Positions 49,728 through 60,960 of a stretch of 64,000 nt of DNA are shown piece after piece. Each line of letters starts with the position of its first letter. The first letter of the stretch is position 1. The notes below the pieces were generated by a model. That model was not told the origin of the DNA, ran no database searches, and was given only the letters and a program-made list of their open reading frames with translations. Origin of the DNA: Vitrella brassicaformis CCMP3155 (Eukaryota; Protista; Chromerida); assembly GCA_001179505.1 (NCBI GenBank), contig CDMY01000225.1:1-64000 (forward strand), given 5' to 3'. Both the position numbers and the translations under genes were made by a program.

Positions 49728-52700
49728 ATGAGTGGCTCCATATCGTTGTCGATGGACATGGATGTGACGGACGACACGAATCAGCTGATCTTGCCGTCGT
49801 CGAGGGAGGCGCGTCGGCAGATCCACCGCAACAAGCATCCCAACGACACCACACAGGACGACGAGCCAAAGCCCGAGGAGAAGAAGATGAGCAAGAGGAA
49901 GAGAAGAAAGATCGAACAGCTCAAGGTGAGACTAATGAATGAGGAGATGTCATGAATGTCTGAATGTCTGTGGGTCTGTCTGTCTGTGTGAATTGCGTGT
50001 GTGTGTCTGTCACAATCAGCGCAAGCACGAGGCGGCAGAGAAGAGAGAGGCGGTGTTCGAGGAGCTCAGGAAATACGCACTCAAACCTGGTCAGCCAACC
50101 AGACAAACACAGACCACAGTGGATCCATGACACTTCTCCCCTTTGCTGCTGCTGTGGGTGTCCATCAGAGCACCTGTCGTTGCTTCAGCCCACGGCGTCG
50201 ACGCCCAGCACCAAGAGGCGGAAAGTGGAGCTCGCCAAACGACAGCACGAGGCCGGTCGGATACTATAGACAATCAATCGCCTGTCTGTCGGTGCGTCTG
50301 CCTGAATGAACGTTTGTATGTGAATGTGTAGGTTTGGACATATCTCGGAGCATTGCGGATGAGGTCGACAAGAAGCGAAAGAGGTCAGCTGAGAGCGGAT
50401 GGGAAGGCGGGTTCACGATGCACGCAAATAGGGGATTGTGTGATGTCTGTCCGGTCAGGAAAGAGAAACGGATACAGCAGCGAATGGCCGAGGTGAGTGA
50501 ATTTGCCCGGACGCGTGCCACGTGCACACACGCGCATCTGTGCGTGTCTATGTGAATGCACTGTTCATTGTAGGATGCCCTCTCGCCCTCCCCAGCCCCT
50601 CCAACCTCCCGGCCCAAGAAGCCCCAGCACAATGCCACTGACCAACAACCAGACGACAACAGCCACCGCGAGCACCAAATGCCTGCCATAGAGAGCGAGC
50701 CACCACCAGCCCCTCTCCCCTCCCCCCAGCAGCAGCAGCCGTCCCGCAATGTCTGGTGGGAGGGCGCCAGTCGTCACGTGTTGGTGCACCGGCCGCCGCA
50801 CATCGACGAGCAGCGTCTGCGGCTGCCTGCCTGCATGATGGAGCGTGAGATCGTCGAGGCCGTGAGGGAGCACGACGTCGTCATCGTGTCGGGCGACACG
50901 GGGTGCGGCAAGTCCACACAGGTGCCCCAGTTCCTCTATGAGGCGGGGCTGTGTGGCCCGGGGGGTGCTGATGGTGAGATTGATGTCGGTGGTTACATGA
51001 TAGGGATCACTCAGCCGCGTCGTGTGGCGGCGATATCGATCTGCCGGCGGGTGGGGGAGGAGATGAACATGAGACAAGCCGTGGGCTACCAGGTGGGTGG
51101 GAGGTGGTTGAGAAAGACTCGCCTTAGCACTGCATAAGTGCTTGTGTGCGTGTGGCTGTGGTGCAGGTGCGTTATGACCGGTCTCACTGCGGGTCTTCGT
51201 GTCGTCTGAAGTTCATGACGGACGGAATTCTGCTCAAGGAGATACAGAACGACCTTCTGTGCAAGTATGGACGAGTGTGAACATGGGGGGGTCTGGGAAA
51301 GGTGTGTCTGTGTGCGTGTCTGTGTGTGTGCCTTTAGGCGGTACAGTGCGATCGTGCTGGACGAGGCGCATGAGCGGTCCGTCAACTGCGATATTCTCAT
51401 CGGTAGACACACAGGCACACACCAGGTGCGTTTTTGCAGACTGTTCTGTGTGTGCAGGTTTGCTGTCCCGTACACTTCGGCTACGTCGCGAGATGGCCGA
51501 CAAACCTGACGCCACACTACCGCCGCTCAAGTACGTCAGGCAATGATGGCCGGATGCATCTGATGCTTATGCTGTGTGCAGGCTGGTCATCATGTCAGCG
51601 ACGCTGCGCCTGTGTGACTTCACCGAGAACAAGCGGCTGTTCCCCACACCACCACCCGTCATTTCCATCGACGCCAAGACACACCCAGTCACCGTGAGGC
51701 CCTCCCCCCCCCACACACATACACACGCACTTGGGCCTGGGCGCATGACGTGTGTGTGTATGTGTGTCGATTGGTGTGTCAGGTGCACTTCAACCGCGTG
51801 ACGCACAGCGATTACGTCAAGAGTGCCGTCAAGAAAGTCAGAGAGATACACAGGTATGTACGTGTCGGCGAAAGCCACAACACACTGTCGGTGTGCATGT
51901 ATGGATCCTCACGTCCAGGAAGCTCCCGTCGGGCAGTGTGTTGGTCTTCGCCACCGGCCAGCGGGAGGCCCACCGCATCGCACACATGCTCCGCAGCACA
52001 TCATGGCCATCACGCCGCCCCGACCACGACCAGCAGCACCAGCCAGCCACCACAGACCAAGAAGAAGACCGAGACGCGGAGGACACATTCCGTCTGGAGG
52101 GAGAAGAGTCCGAAGAGCCGTCAGATGAAGACTCAGACACCACCAGTGACCATGGCCAGGATGACATCGATGCCCATGCAGACAGTTCCCAGCCACCGCA
52201 GCCATCGCAGCAACCGGACACCATCCCTCTGGACACCTACCGTCTGTCAGACGAGGAGCACCAGCTCAAGACCGTCAAGACCATGCAGGACGGCCCGCAG
52301 ACCACCGACTTCGACCAAAAGGACACCACCAGCAGACGCGCACGGCAGACCGGCGGGGCTCAGTGGCTGGGGTGTGACGGGGATGGGCGGATGGAGGTCA
52401 TTCCGCTGTATGCATCCATGAGCGCCAAACACCAGGTCAGTGGGTACTTGGGTGGCGGTTGCGTGGAATGAGGCTATGCAGGAAATGGACCTGGTGTGTG
52501 TGTGTGGATGTGTGTGTGGATGTCAGATTCGGGCGTTCCGCGATCCGCCGGCTGACAAGCGTGTGGTGGTGGTGGCAACGAATGTGGCTGAGACATCAGT
52601 GACTCTGCCCAACATCCGGTGGGCATGCTCCCCCCTGTGGCCCCTCCTCCTCTCTTTCCCCATGTGCATGTAAGTGGTGTGTGTTCATGTGCACATTCAC

Positions 52701-55462
52701 AGGTATGTGGTCGATTGCGGCAAGGAAAAGCGTCGTCGGTACCTGCAGTCGACGGGCGTGTCCTTCTTCTCTGTCCAATGGGTCTCAAAGGCCAGCGCCG
52801 ACCAGAGGGCCGGAAGAGCAGGTCAACATCCACACGCACACACACACACAAACAGACCGTATGCGTATGTGCGGATCACTGTGTGCTGTCTGTGTGGTGC
52901 GATGTGATGTGATGTAGGCCGTGTTGGCCCGGGTCACTGCTATCGTTTGTATTCGTCTGCCGTGTATGAGAACCACTTCACACAGTACCCGCCCGTCAAC
53001 ATACTCGCTGCACCTGTCGACAGCGTCCTGCTCTTCATGGCCTCACTCGGTGCACACACACACACACACGCGCAGAGAGAGAGAGAGAGAGATGGACACA
53101 TGGACACATGGGCATTCACATTTCTGTATGGCCCGTTCATTGCTTCAGGCATCCCCCATCTGTCGTCTTTCCCCTTCCCCACCCCGCCCAGACCGTCGGC
53201 CACCAACGCGGCCAAGGAGCGGCTGCTCATGCTCTCAGCCATCACTCACGACACAACCACCACCGCCGGCAATTGCAGAAGCAACAAGGAGAAGGATGGC
53301 GGTGTGCGCTGCACCAGGATGGGCGAGCGCATGGCCAGCCTCCCCATTGCACCGAGATACGCCAAGATGATGCTCACGGCAGTGCAGAGGTGAGCCAGCA
53401 ACCGATGGATGGCCAAGAGAAGGGACATCCCTCTCTCCCTCTCCCCCTTTCTCCTTGCGTGTGTGCAGGTCTCAGTCGTTGTCCGTGCCAGTGATAGACC
53501 ACGCCTGCATGTTGGTGGCGGCTCTCTCTGTGGGCAACGTCTTCGACCAGACCGCATTCGAGAGGCACCACCACACGGGCCCCGACAACGGCGGCAAGAG
53601 GAAGAGGGAGAGTGCCCATCCTGGCCAGGAGCAGGATGACGACCTTGACATGATGGATGTCGGCATTGAAGAGGTGCGCTTGACACCACTCACACACAGA
53701 CACACGCCCACGTGCACACACACGTGTACGTGTGTACGTAGAGTGAGGAGAAGCCCCCACCATTGCCGTCGAAGCCTGCCGATGGTGGAGTCAGTGCCAG
53801 TGTGCCCCACTGGCGCACGCTGCCATCCGACATCGATGCGCTTATATGGGTCACGGGCGCATACGCACACGCACACGACAAGTCAGCAACACACGCATAC
53901 GCACAGAGAGAGGGAGAGGGAGAGGGAGAGCCACTGTGCCTGCCTGTCTGTGTATGGTAGGGAGTCGATTTGTGCCAGCCATATGGTCAACGAGCGTGCC
54001 ATGAGTGAGGTGTACTCCTTGGCACAGCAGCTGGCCAGAATCGTCAAGGACAAATGCAAGTACGGGAGTGGGCCAGGGAGGGAGGGAGGGAGGGAGTGGC
54101 GAGGAACGGCATTCACAAGTGTCAATGCATACGCAGGGATGTCGACCTGAGCCTGCCAATCGCCCCACTGCCACCTAACAAAGAGCAGGTGACATTGACA
54201 CCCACGGCACAACCACGACATACCACTTTTTGTGACGAATGTGTTTGTGCGAATCTCAGTCGTTGTGTCTGCACGACTGTGTGTTGGAGGGCCTCATCGA
54301 CCACATCGCCCTGCGCGTTGACAGCGTTGCCAGCGTCGGCAAGAAGAGCTACTACAGGTAGATACCCATACACACACATTCATCGGTGCACACGTGTGTG
54401 TGTGTGTGTGTGGTGGGCATGTGCGTGTGCAGGTGCGCTGAGTTGTCCCGCCTGAGTGATGACGGCAGCGGTGGTGGTAGTGGTGGTGGTGGTGGTGGCG
54501 ATGATGTGGCGGTGTCGCAGCGGGCGTACATTCACGTCAACTCTAACCTATACCACACCAGGTGGGCGACACAGGCACAATGGCACCCATAGACGTGGAA
54601 CGTTCTCCGTTTCTGTGTACATGTGTATGTGTGTATGTTGTGTGTTCAGGCCCCGCCCCTCTCTGATAGCCTACAACCAGATCATATCGTCAAACGACAA
54701 ACACTTCATCAGGTGCCCCACGACGCACACAGGCACATCTGCGTCCATCCATCCATCTATCCATGTCTGTCGGTGTGCAGGGAGTGTCTAGCGATCGACC
54801 CGCTGGCCCTTGCGCGCATCGACTCGCCCGTCATCGATAAGACCAACATTCTCAAAATGCCAAAACCAAAGTCAGCACACATGCACACGCGCACACACAG
54901 ACACAGACCAAGGACGCACCACTGTCTGTGTGTATCTGCAGGTATCTGCCGTCCAGTGACAGGATAGTGTGTTTTGTGAGCCCCGTGTACACCCCGCTGG
55001 ACCATCGGCTGGTGGAGAGCATGGAGACCGACATGGCCACGACCCACACACAATCTGACCTCAGATACCAGGTGAGAGTGGGACACACCGCCACACCACA
55101 CACACACACAAGATTTCCCTCCCCCACCTCCCTCTTTCTGTCTCTGCGTGTTGATATAGGTGTTTGCATCAGCCTTGCTCGAGGGTCTTGTGGTGATGTC
55201 AATGCGGAAATGGACCCCTCTCCTGGCCAGCAGCAGCAAAGGGCTGGGAGGGAAGGAACGTGCATCCCCTCATCAGCAGCTGGTGAGGGCCCTGCAAACG
55301 GCCAATGTGAGCAGCCGGTCCGCTTTGGTGTCGATGTGGTCCAGTGCGCCTCACTTTCTCATGAGCGAGTATGTGGCGTGTGTGCGGCCGGGTGAGAGAG
55401 GCAAGGTGGAGAGGGAGTGGCCGCCGGTGAAGAGCAAGAGGGCTGGGAGGAAGGCCAAGTGA
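49728..55462 (+). CDS. DHX37: DEAH-box RNA helicase DHX37/Dhr1 (small-subunit ribosome biogenesis)
   Basis: [37 protein letters not shown]; TQPRRVAA; [16 protein letters not shown]; MSATL; [24 protein letters not shown]; [14 protein letters not shown]; [14 protein letters not shown]; C-terminal [13 protein letters not shown]. Confidence 0.93.
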
Positions 55463-55849
55463 ATGACGAAAGATGGATGGTGCTGTGGTACTGCGTGCGT
55501 GTATATGTGCGGGTGGCTGTGCCATTGTCCTTGTGTTGGTGTTTCTGACTGGGTGTCGGTTCAACCGTTGGCTTGACATTGACATATATCGTATACGTAT
55601 AGACCTGCCAGTTCCGTCGTAAAGGCCGTGTGACATTCATTCTCTGCGACGAGACACACAATCAAAAACCCGTCGCACATGAATGACCAGCTGACCAGAT
55701 TTCGTGATATATATGTCTGCATATTGGTTCTGTACGTGTATGTACGCTGTGTGCGTGTGCGTGTGCATGGGATCGGCCGATCGCGAGTGCTTTACCAATC
55801 ACAAGCACACGATCGACCGATCACATCAATTGACTGACTGTATCGATTG

Positions 55850-57590
55850 ACTCACCCACTCCATCCTCTCGCCCCATCCCTCACCACATCCTCAAGCAGC
55901 CTTGCCCTCATTCAGCAAGAAGAGACACACGCCCGTCAGTCAAACAGACACACAGACAAACAGACAGAGAAACAGAGAGACAAACAGAGAGACAAGCATT
56001 CTGTCTGTATGGTACAGATCTGTGGGATCCTGTGCCCGATGCATCGATCACGTTCATATCCCTGGCGGCCACAAAAGGTGCGTAAGTGAGGGAAAAAAGA
56101 AGAGGCTCATGGATCGATTTGCTCATGTCTCTTCGTTCTTCTCTTTGTCTCCGCATGTTTGGCCGCTTCGGCGGCCACTGAGATGGACAACGCCAATAGG
56201 GCAGCGGCGAGCGGGTCCAAGACCGACCACGACAACGCCAACAGGGCAGCAGCACACCTTCCCACATCAACGGCCGGTGCTGGATGGGTACGGCAGACTG
56301 ACTTGTGAATGTAATGTGTGTGTATGTGTGTCAGGTGCGCGAGCACTTCCGCTCGCTCTTCAAGCCCCCAGCCTCGCAGGACCCAGCCCGACTAGTGAGC
56401 TCCCCGTGCTGCCCGAGCCATGGAGCCCCGCCCCGGCCGCACCGCCGACGCCAGATGATCTGGAGAACGACGACCTGACATACTCGGAGAACTCGACAGA
56501 CACGGACAACACAGCAGAGGTGCGCTGCTCCCGTGAGCCACTCAGACAGACAGACAGACAGACAGCAAATGGCGCACGCAGATGGATAGATAGACAGATA
56601 GACAGATAGAGGGATGGTATGGTATGTGTGCCTTCTCTCTATGTGCCTGTCTGCCTGCCTGCCTGTCTCTGTGTGTGTACATGAATCGGCAGCAGCTGGT
56701 GGCCAGGACTCGGCCTGTGCGAGCGGCAGCCGACACACCCACTAAGGAATTCGGTGGGTGAAGCGCAGACCTCCATCCACATACGTGTAGGTGGATGGAG
56801 GGCGACCTGCACTTTGTTGCCTTGTCCGTCTGTCTGTCTGTCTGTCTGTCGTTGTGTGCAGAGGCCGCTGACAGACTGACTCATTCACTCACACACCAGC
56901 CACAACGACAGCACCAGCAGCGGTAGCAGCAGCACTGCCTATCACTTCGACATGCCAGTGTGTGTCTTGAATCAATGCAGGTCTTCGATATCGCTGCCTA
57001 CATCTTATATCCTGAACGTCATCTGATCAACACCAACACCGACCTCAACGAGCGCCTCAACGACTCCCGCAGCACCGTCAGTCAAACAGAGAGACAGAGC
57101 CACAGCCAAACATCATGTCAGCGTCCGTCATCAAGGTGAGACACTCGATCTGCCCACAGCAACAATGCACACATGGATGGATGGATGGATGGTTGTCTGT
57201 CCCTCAACAAGGTGGCGTTGGTTTGACGTCTGAAGACAAACACCCCCACTCACTCAATCACGCACAGATAAGCTAACACACACACACACACACACAAGTC
57301 CATATGTCCATATGGTGTCTGTCTGCTGATGTCCCAGCTCAGCCCAGCCCATCGTCATCATGCCTGCAGTGCCCGTTCGTCAGTGTGTGCAGTCAGTCCA
57401 GCTCGTCCTCAATCGCAGCCGCCTCGGACGCCCAGCCCAGCCCATCGTCGACATGCTCTTCACTCAGTCAGTCAGGAGACACGATTGCATGTACTGCATT
57501 GCATGCATGCGAGCAGTCAATTCCGTGTGACATTCCTCCACATCCACTCATGAACGAATTGCAGCAAGCACAACACGAACATAAAATATA
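55850..57590 (+). CDS. Low-complexity hypothetical protein (poorly resolved)
   Basis: Exon-like blocks MDNANRAAASGSKTDHDNANRAAA, DDLENDDLTYSENSTD and VFDIAAYILYPERHLIN between repeat-rich introns. Confidence 0.35.
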
Positions 57591-57740
57591 GACAGCCATA
57601 CACATGCACTCAGCCGAAGGGCCATTCCTCCACTCGCCACCAAGCCATTCTCCCCACGACTCTCCAGGCACACGGGCCAGCCGAGTGGTTATATATATAT
57701 GAGGAAGCGGTCCTTATACCAGCCCTTACTGCAGACAATC

Positions 57741-57771
<31 letters not shown>

Positions 57772-57802
57772 AGGAAAAGAAGAAAAAGAGCACACACATT
57801 GG

Positions 57803-58919
57803 TCATGTGACCATCAGAGCTGCCTGTCTAGCACCGGTGCCGTCCCCCGGATCTAAAAGGATGATCCACGCGACGAAGTTGTGGCTGTCGTCGGTGAGCA
57901 CCAGCTCTCGCACATCACCGATGCCATCAGCGTCGTAGCTGAATGTCGTCGAGCAGCCGGCCACCGGTGTGTGGGGCGACTGGGTGAGGAGGCCATCCAG
58001 ACGGCCGCCACCAACACGCCTGAACCAACCACACACACACACAATCACACACGCACTCCTCTCGCCCACTGGTGCCATTGTGTCTTACCTGTTGAGTCCT
58101 ATGCATGTGCCATTGGTCTGGTGAGTGCGCCTGAAGTGGTGGATGATCTTGTCCCTGGCGAAGGACGACAATGACGCATCGGTGTACGTGAAGCGCATCT
58201 CCCGCCATCTGCCGGTGGCAGAGTAGCAGATGCGGTTGCGCACTGGTGGGTCATGCTGCTGTCGGTGCTGCTGATCCAGATGGTCGGCAGGGAGGGGCGG
58301 GTCGACCCCCAGCTCAAAGCCGGGCTCGTCGACGATGGCCCGCACCTCACCGTTGCCGTGGTGGAACAGCTGCAGGCAGGTGCCGTCACTGAAGTGGACG
58401 TGGCGGCCGACCATCTTGAGCTGCGCCAACACACGAGCTAACGATCCATACGCCTACACCACACCACACACAGACACACACACAGACAGAGAGAGGGAAT
58501 GCGGCCTCTCTGTTCTCTCCCACCCGCCCTCTGTGTGTGCCTTACCGTCTTGTTGGTGTGTGTGCGAATGTCATCGGCCGTCAGGTTGAGGGGCAGCGTG
58601 CAGCAGCGGCACTGGCTGGCCCACTGCAGCACCCCCCGCGTCTCATCCCACCGCCCGCCCTCCTCGGCTACCCACACCGCCGCCATGAGGTTGCCCATCC
58701 CAGCGATGGGTCGAACTGCACCAGCTGCGGCTGCTGAGTGTTGATGCCATCGCCGTCACGGCTCAGTGAGTTGACGAGGCGGGTGCGCAGCTCGGCTATG
58801 GTGAAGGCAGCCCGGATGCGCCGCGATGTGGCCCTCAGGCGGGCCGTCGTGACGATGTCGGGCTGATGGCCTCGGCTGCCGACAAACAAGTGGCTGACGG
58901 GATGCTCCTGGGCGGCCAT
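57803..58919 (-). CDS. Vitrella-type expanded-family protein with an apparent 1-nt frameshift at about 58700
   Basis: MAAQEHPVSHLF..ARLRATSRR; then, in a shifted frame, MGNLMAAVWVAEEGGRWDETRGVLQWA..LPLNLTADDI; QQHDPPV..DASLSSFA; DGLLTQSPHTPVAGC. Confidence 0.7.
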
Positions 58920-59404
58920 CGTCCCACCAGCCGCCCCAGTCGTGCCAAGCTGTCAACGCATGGCTGCAGAAGCAGGAGGGTTTGAGGGGTCAAAGGGTAG
59001 GGGTTCCAAACCCTCAACCGGAGTGTTTGGCGACGTTGTGTGCCTTTTGGACAGCTGTGCGTTGGGAGTGTGGCGCATTCGGCTGAGAGAGCGGCTTAGT
59101 GGATCACACCGCCGCCCTGTCGACTGGGCGATTAAGGCGAGGGCTGCACTCCATCAGGCCAGGTGAGGGCTGCAGTGAGGCCAACAGACACTCTCGGCCA
59201 CACACATTGGCTCTGCAATGACTGCATATCTAAGGCGCACCAGTGGATGGGCGCAGCTGGCTGAGGGCGATAGGAAAGATACGGAGGGCACATCAGCTGC
59301 GGGTGAGATGATTCAATGGACTCATCCATCCATCCATCCATCCACCGCGGCTTGGATGGATGCCTCTGTGTGTATCTTTGGTTCCTGCAGGCCGCTGCAT
59401 CACA

Positions 59405-60807
59405 ATGGCGGCCTCTGCTGGTGGTGGTGGTGCTGGTGGCGGTGTTAGTATGCCCAAGTGCAGTGTGTGTTACGAGGAATACCAATCGCACGGCGACAAG
59501 GCACCCGACGTCCTCAGATGCGGTGAGCAATGCACACACACCGCACACAAGGCAACAGGACGATGATCAGTGTGGCTGTGTGGTGTCGTCTTTGATTGGC
59601 GGTTTCTGTTTGCTCAGGTCATTCCGTCTGTGCGGCGGTGAGTGGGCACTAGAGATGGTGTTGGCGACAATTGCATGCCATGTGTGTGTCTGCAGTGCGT
59701 TAGGGAGCTCGTCGACACACACCCACATGGCCGTCGTGCAGCCAAGTGCCCCGAATGCAGGTACACTCAGACACATGGAGGCGACACATATGGGTGTGAA
59801 TAGCCTCTGCTTGCCCCTCCTTCGTGTGGGCATCGGTCGATCAGGGCGGAGACTGCGGAGGCGGACGTCCGCCCCAACTACGGTCTGAGACAGGCCATGG
59901 CGTCGCTGCTGGCGATTCACATGCAGACGGTGCGAAGGCAGAGAGGGGCCCTCATTCTTTGACGCTTTCCTTTCCTCAGGCACCGCTGCAGACCAGCCCG
60001 CACCCGGTACGCACCACAACATCACGTTAGGACAGCAAGGCAGAGAGTGGCCCTCATTAATTACTTGACGCTTCGTCAGGCGCCGCTGCACTACAACCCC
60101 GCCGACTTCAGCACCAAGCGGTTCCTCTTCACCGCCGAGGAGTGGGATGAGACACAGCGCAGCGTAAGCAGCCACCCACTGACCAAGCCACACGCGCCGT
60201 GCCATGCAAGCTGCCCCCCTGTGTGTGCGTGTGTGTTGGATACATACGTGCAGCTCGCCGAGTGCCGGGAGACGTACCGCGTTGCAGCCGAGCACAACCG
60301 CCGCTGCGAGGAGGCCATGAGGAGGGAATGGGAGGAGATGGAGAGGGCCGCGCAGCAGCAGCAGCAGCAGCAGCAGACCACGAGCCGCCTCACTGTTAGT
60401 GTCGTACTGCGCGGCTCCACTCGCCCCACCCTCCACCAGGTGCGATCCATACGCCACGACTGACGTTTGTTCGTCGGTCTCTAACGATTACCTACTTGTG
60501 TGTGTGGTTGTGGTTGTGGCTTCTTTTGCTTTTGCAGGAGGTGCCTGAGAGTTTTGATGACCTGCTGAGGAAGGTGTTGGAGAGGTTTGGGTTCGGTGAT
60601 CGGCCGGTCCGTGAGGCCCGGCTGTTTGCGGAAGGAGCTCTCGTTTCGGCCAACGAGCACCTCAGGGACGGTGACCACGTGGAGCTGGTCCTCGTCGCCC
60701 CACAGCCGTCCCCGCCTGCCCCACAGGACGTCCCCCTGCCGGCCTTCATGGCGCCCTCACCGCCGCCACGCCACTCAGCCACATCGACAGAGCACCAGGA
60801 CACGTGA
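59405..60807 (+). CDS. RING-HC finger, coiled coil and ubiquitin-like (beta-grasp) domain protein; candidate E3 ligase (copy E)
   Basis: PKCSVCYEEY..LRCG|HSVCAA|CVREL..KCPECR|..PNYGL; KRFLFTAEEWDETQ; LAECRETY..; RLTVSVVLRG..EVPESFDDLLRKVLERFG..ARLFAEGALV..LRDGDHVELVLV; ends ..EHQDT*. Confidence 0.85.
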
Positions 60808-60960
60808 CACTGACCGAGGATATCGGGGGTTCCGTATAAGGGTGTGTAGGGCTGGCTGTTCGTGCTCTAGCGTCATTCATCCGGCCAGGGGAGAGGCGTG
60901 TGTATACAGACATCTGTATGAATGTGTGTGTATGTCCACTTGACAGTGATACGTGCGTGG
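59990..60960 (+). repeat. Dispersed duplicate of about 19587-20400 (introns, exons and 3' flank)
   Basis: Near-identical introns (ggtacgcaccacaacatcacgttaggacagcaaggcagagagtggccctcatt; gtaagcagccaccc..ttggatacatacgtgcag) and similar 3' flanks. Confidence 0.9.

Noticed and set aside
57740-57790. (AAAG)n purine tract as a terminator or telomere-like element
   Set aside because: An ordinary microsatellite near a gene 3' end; not a telomeric repeat.
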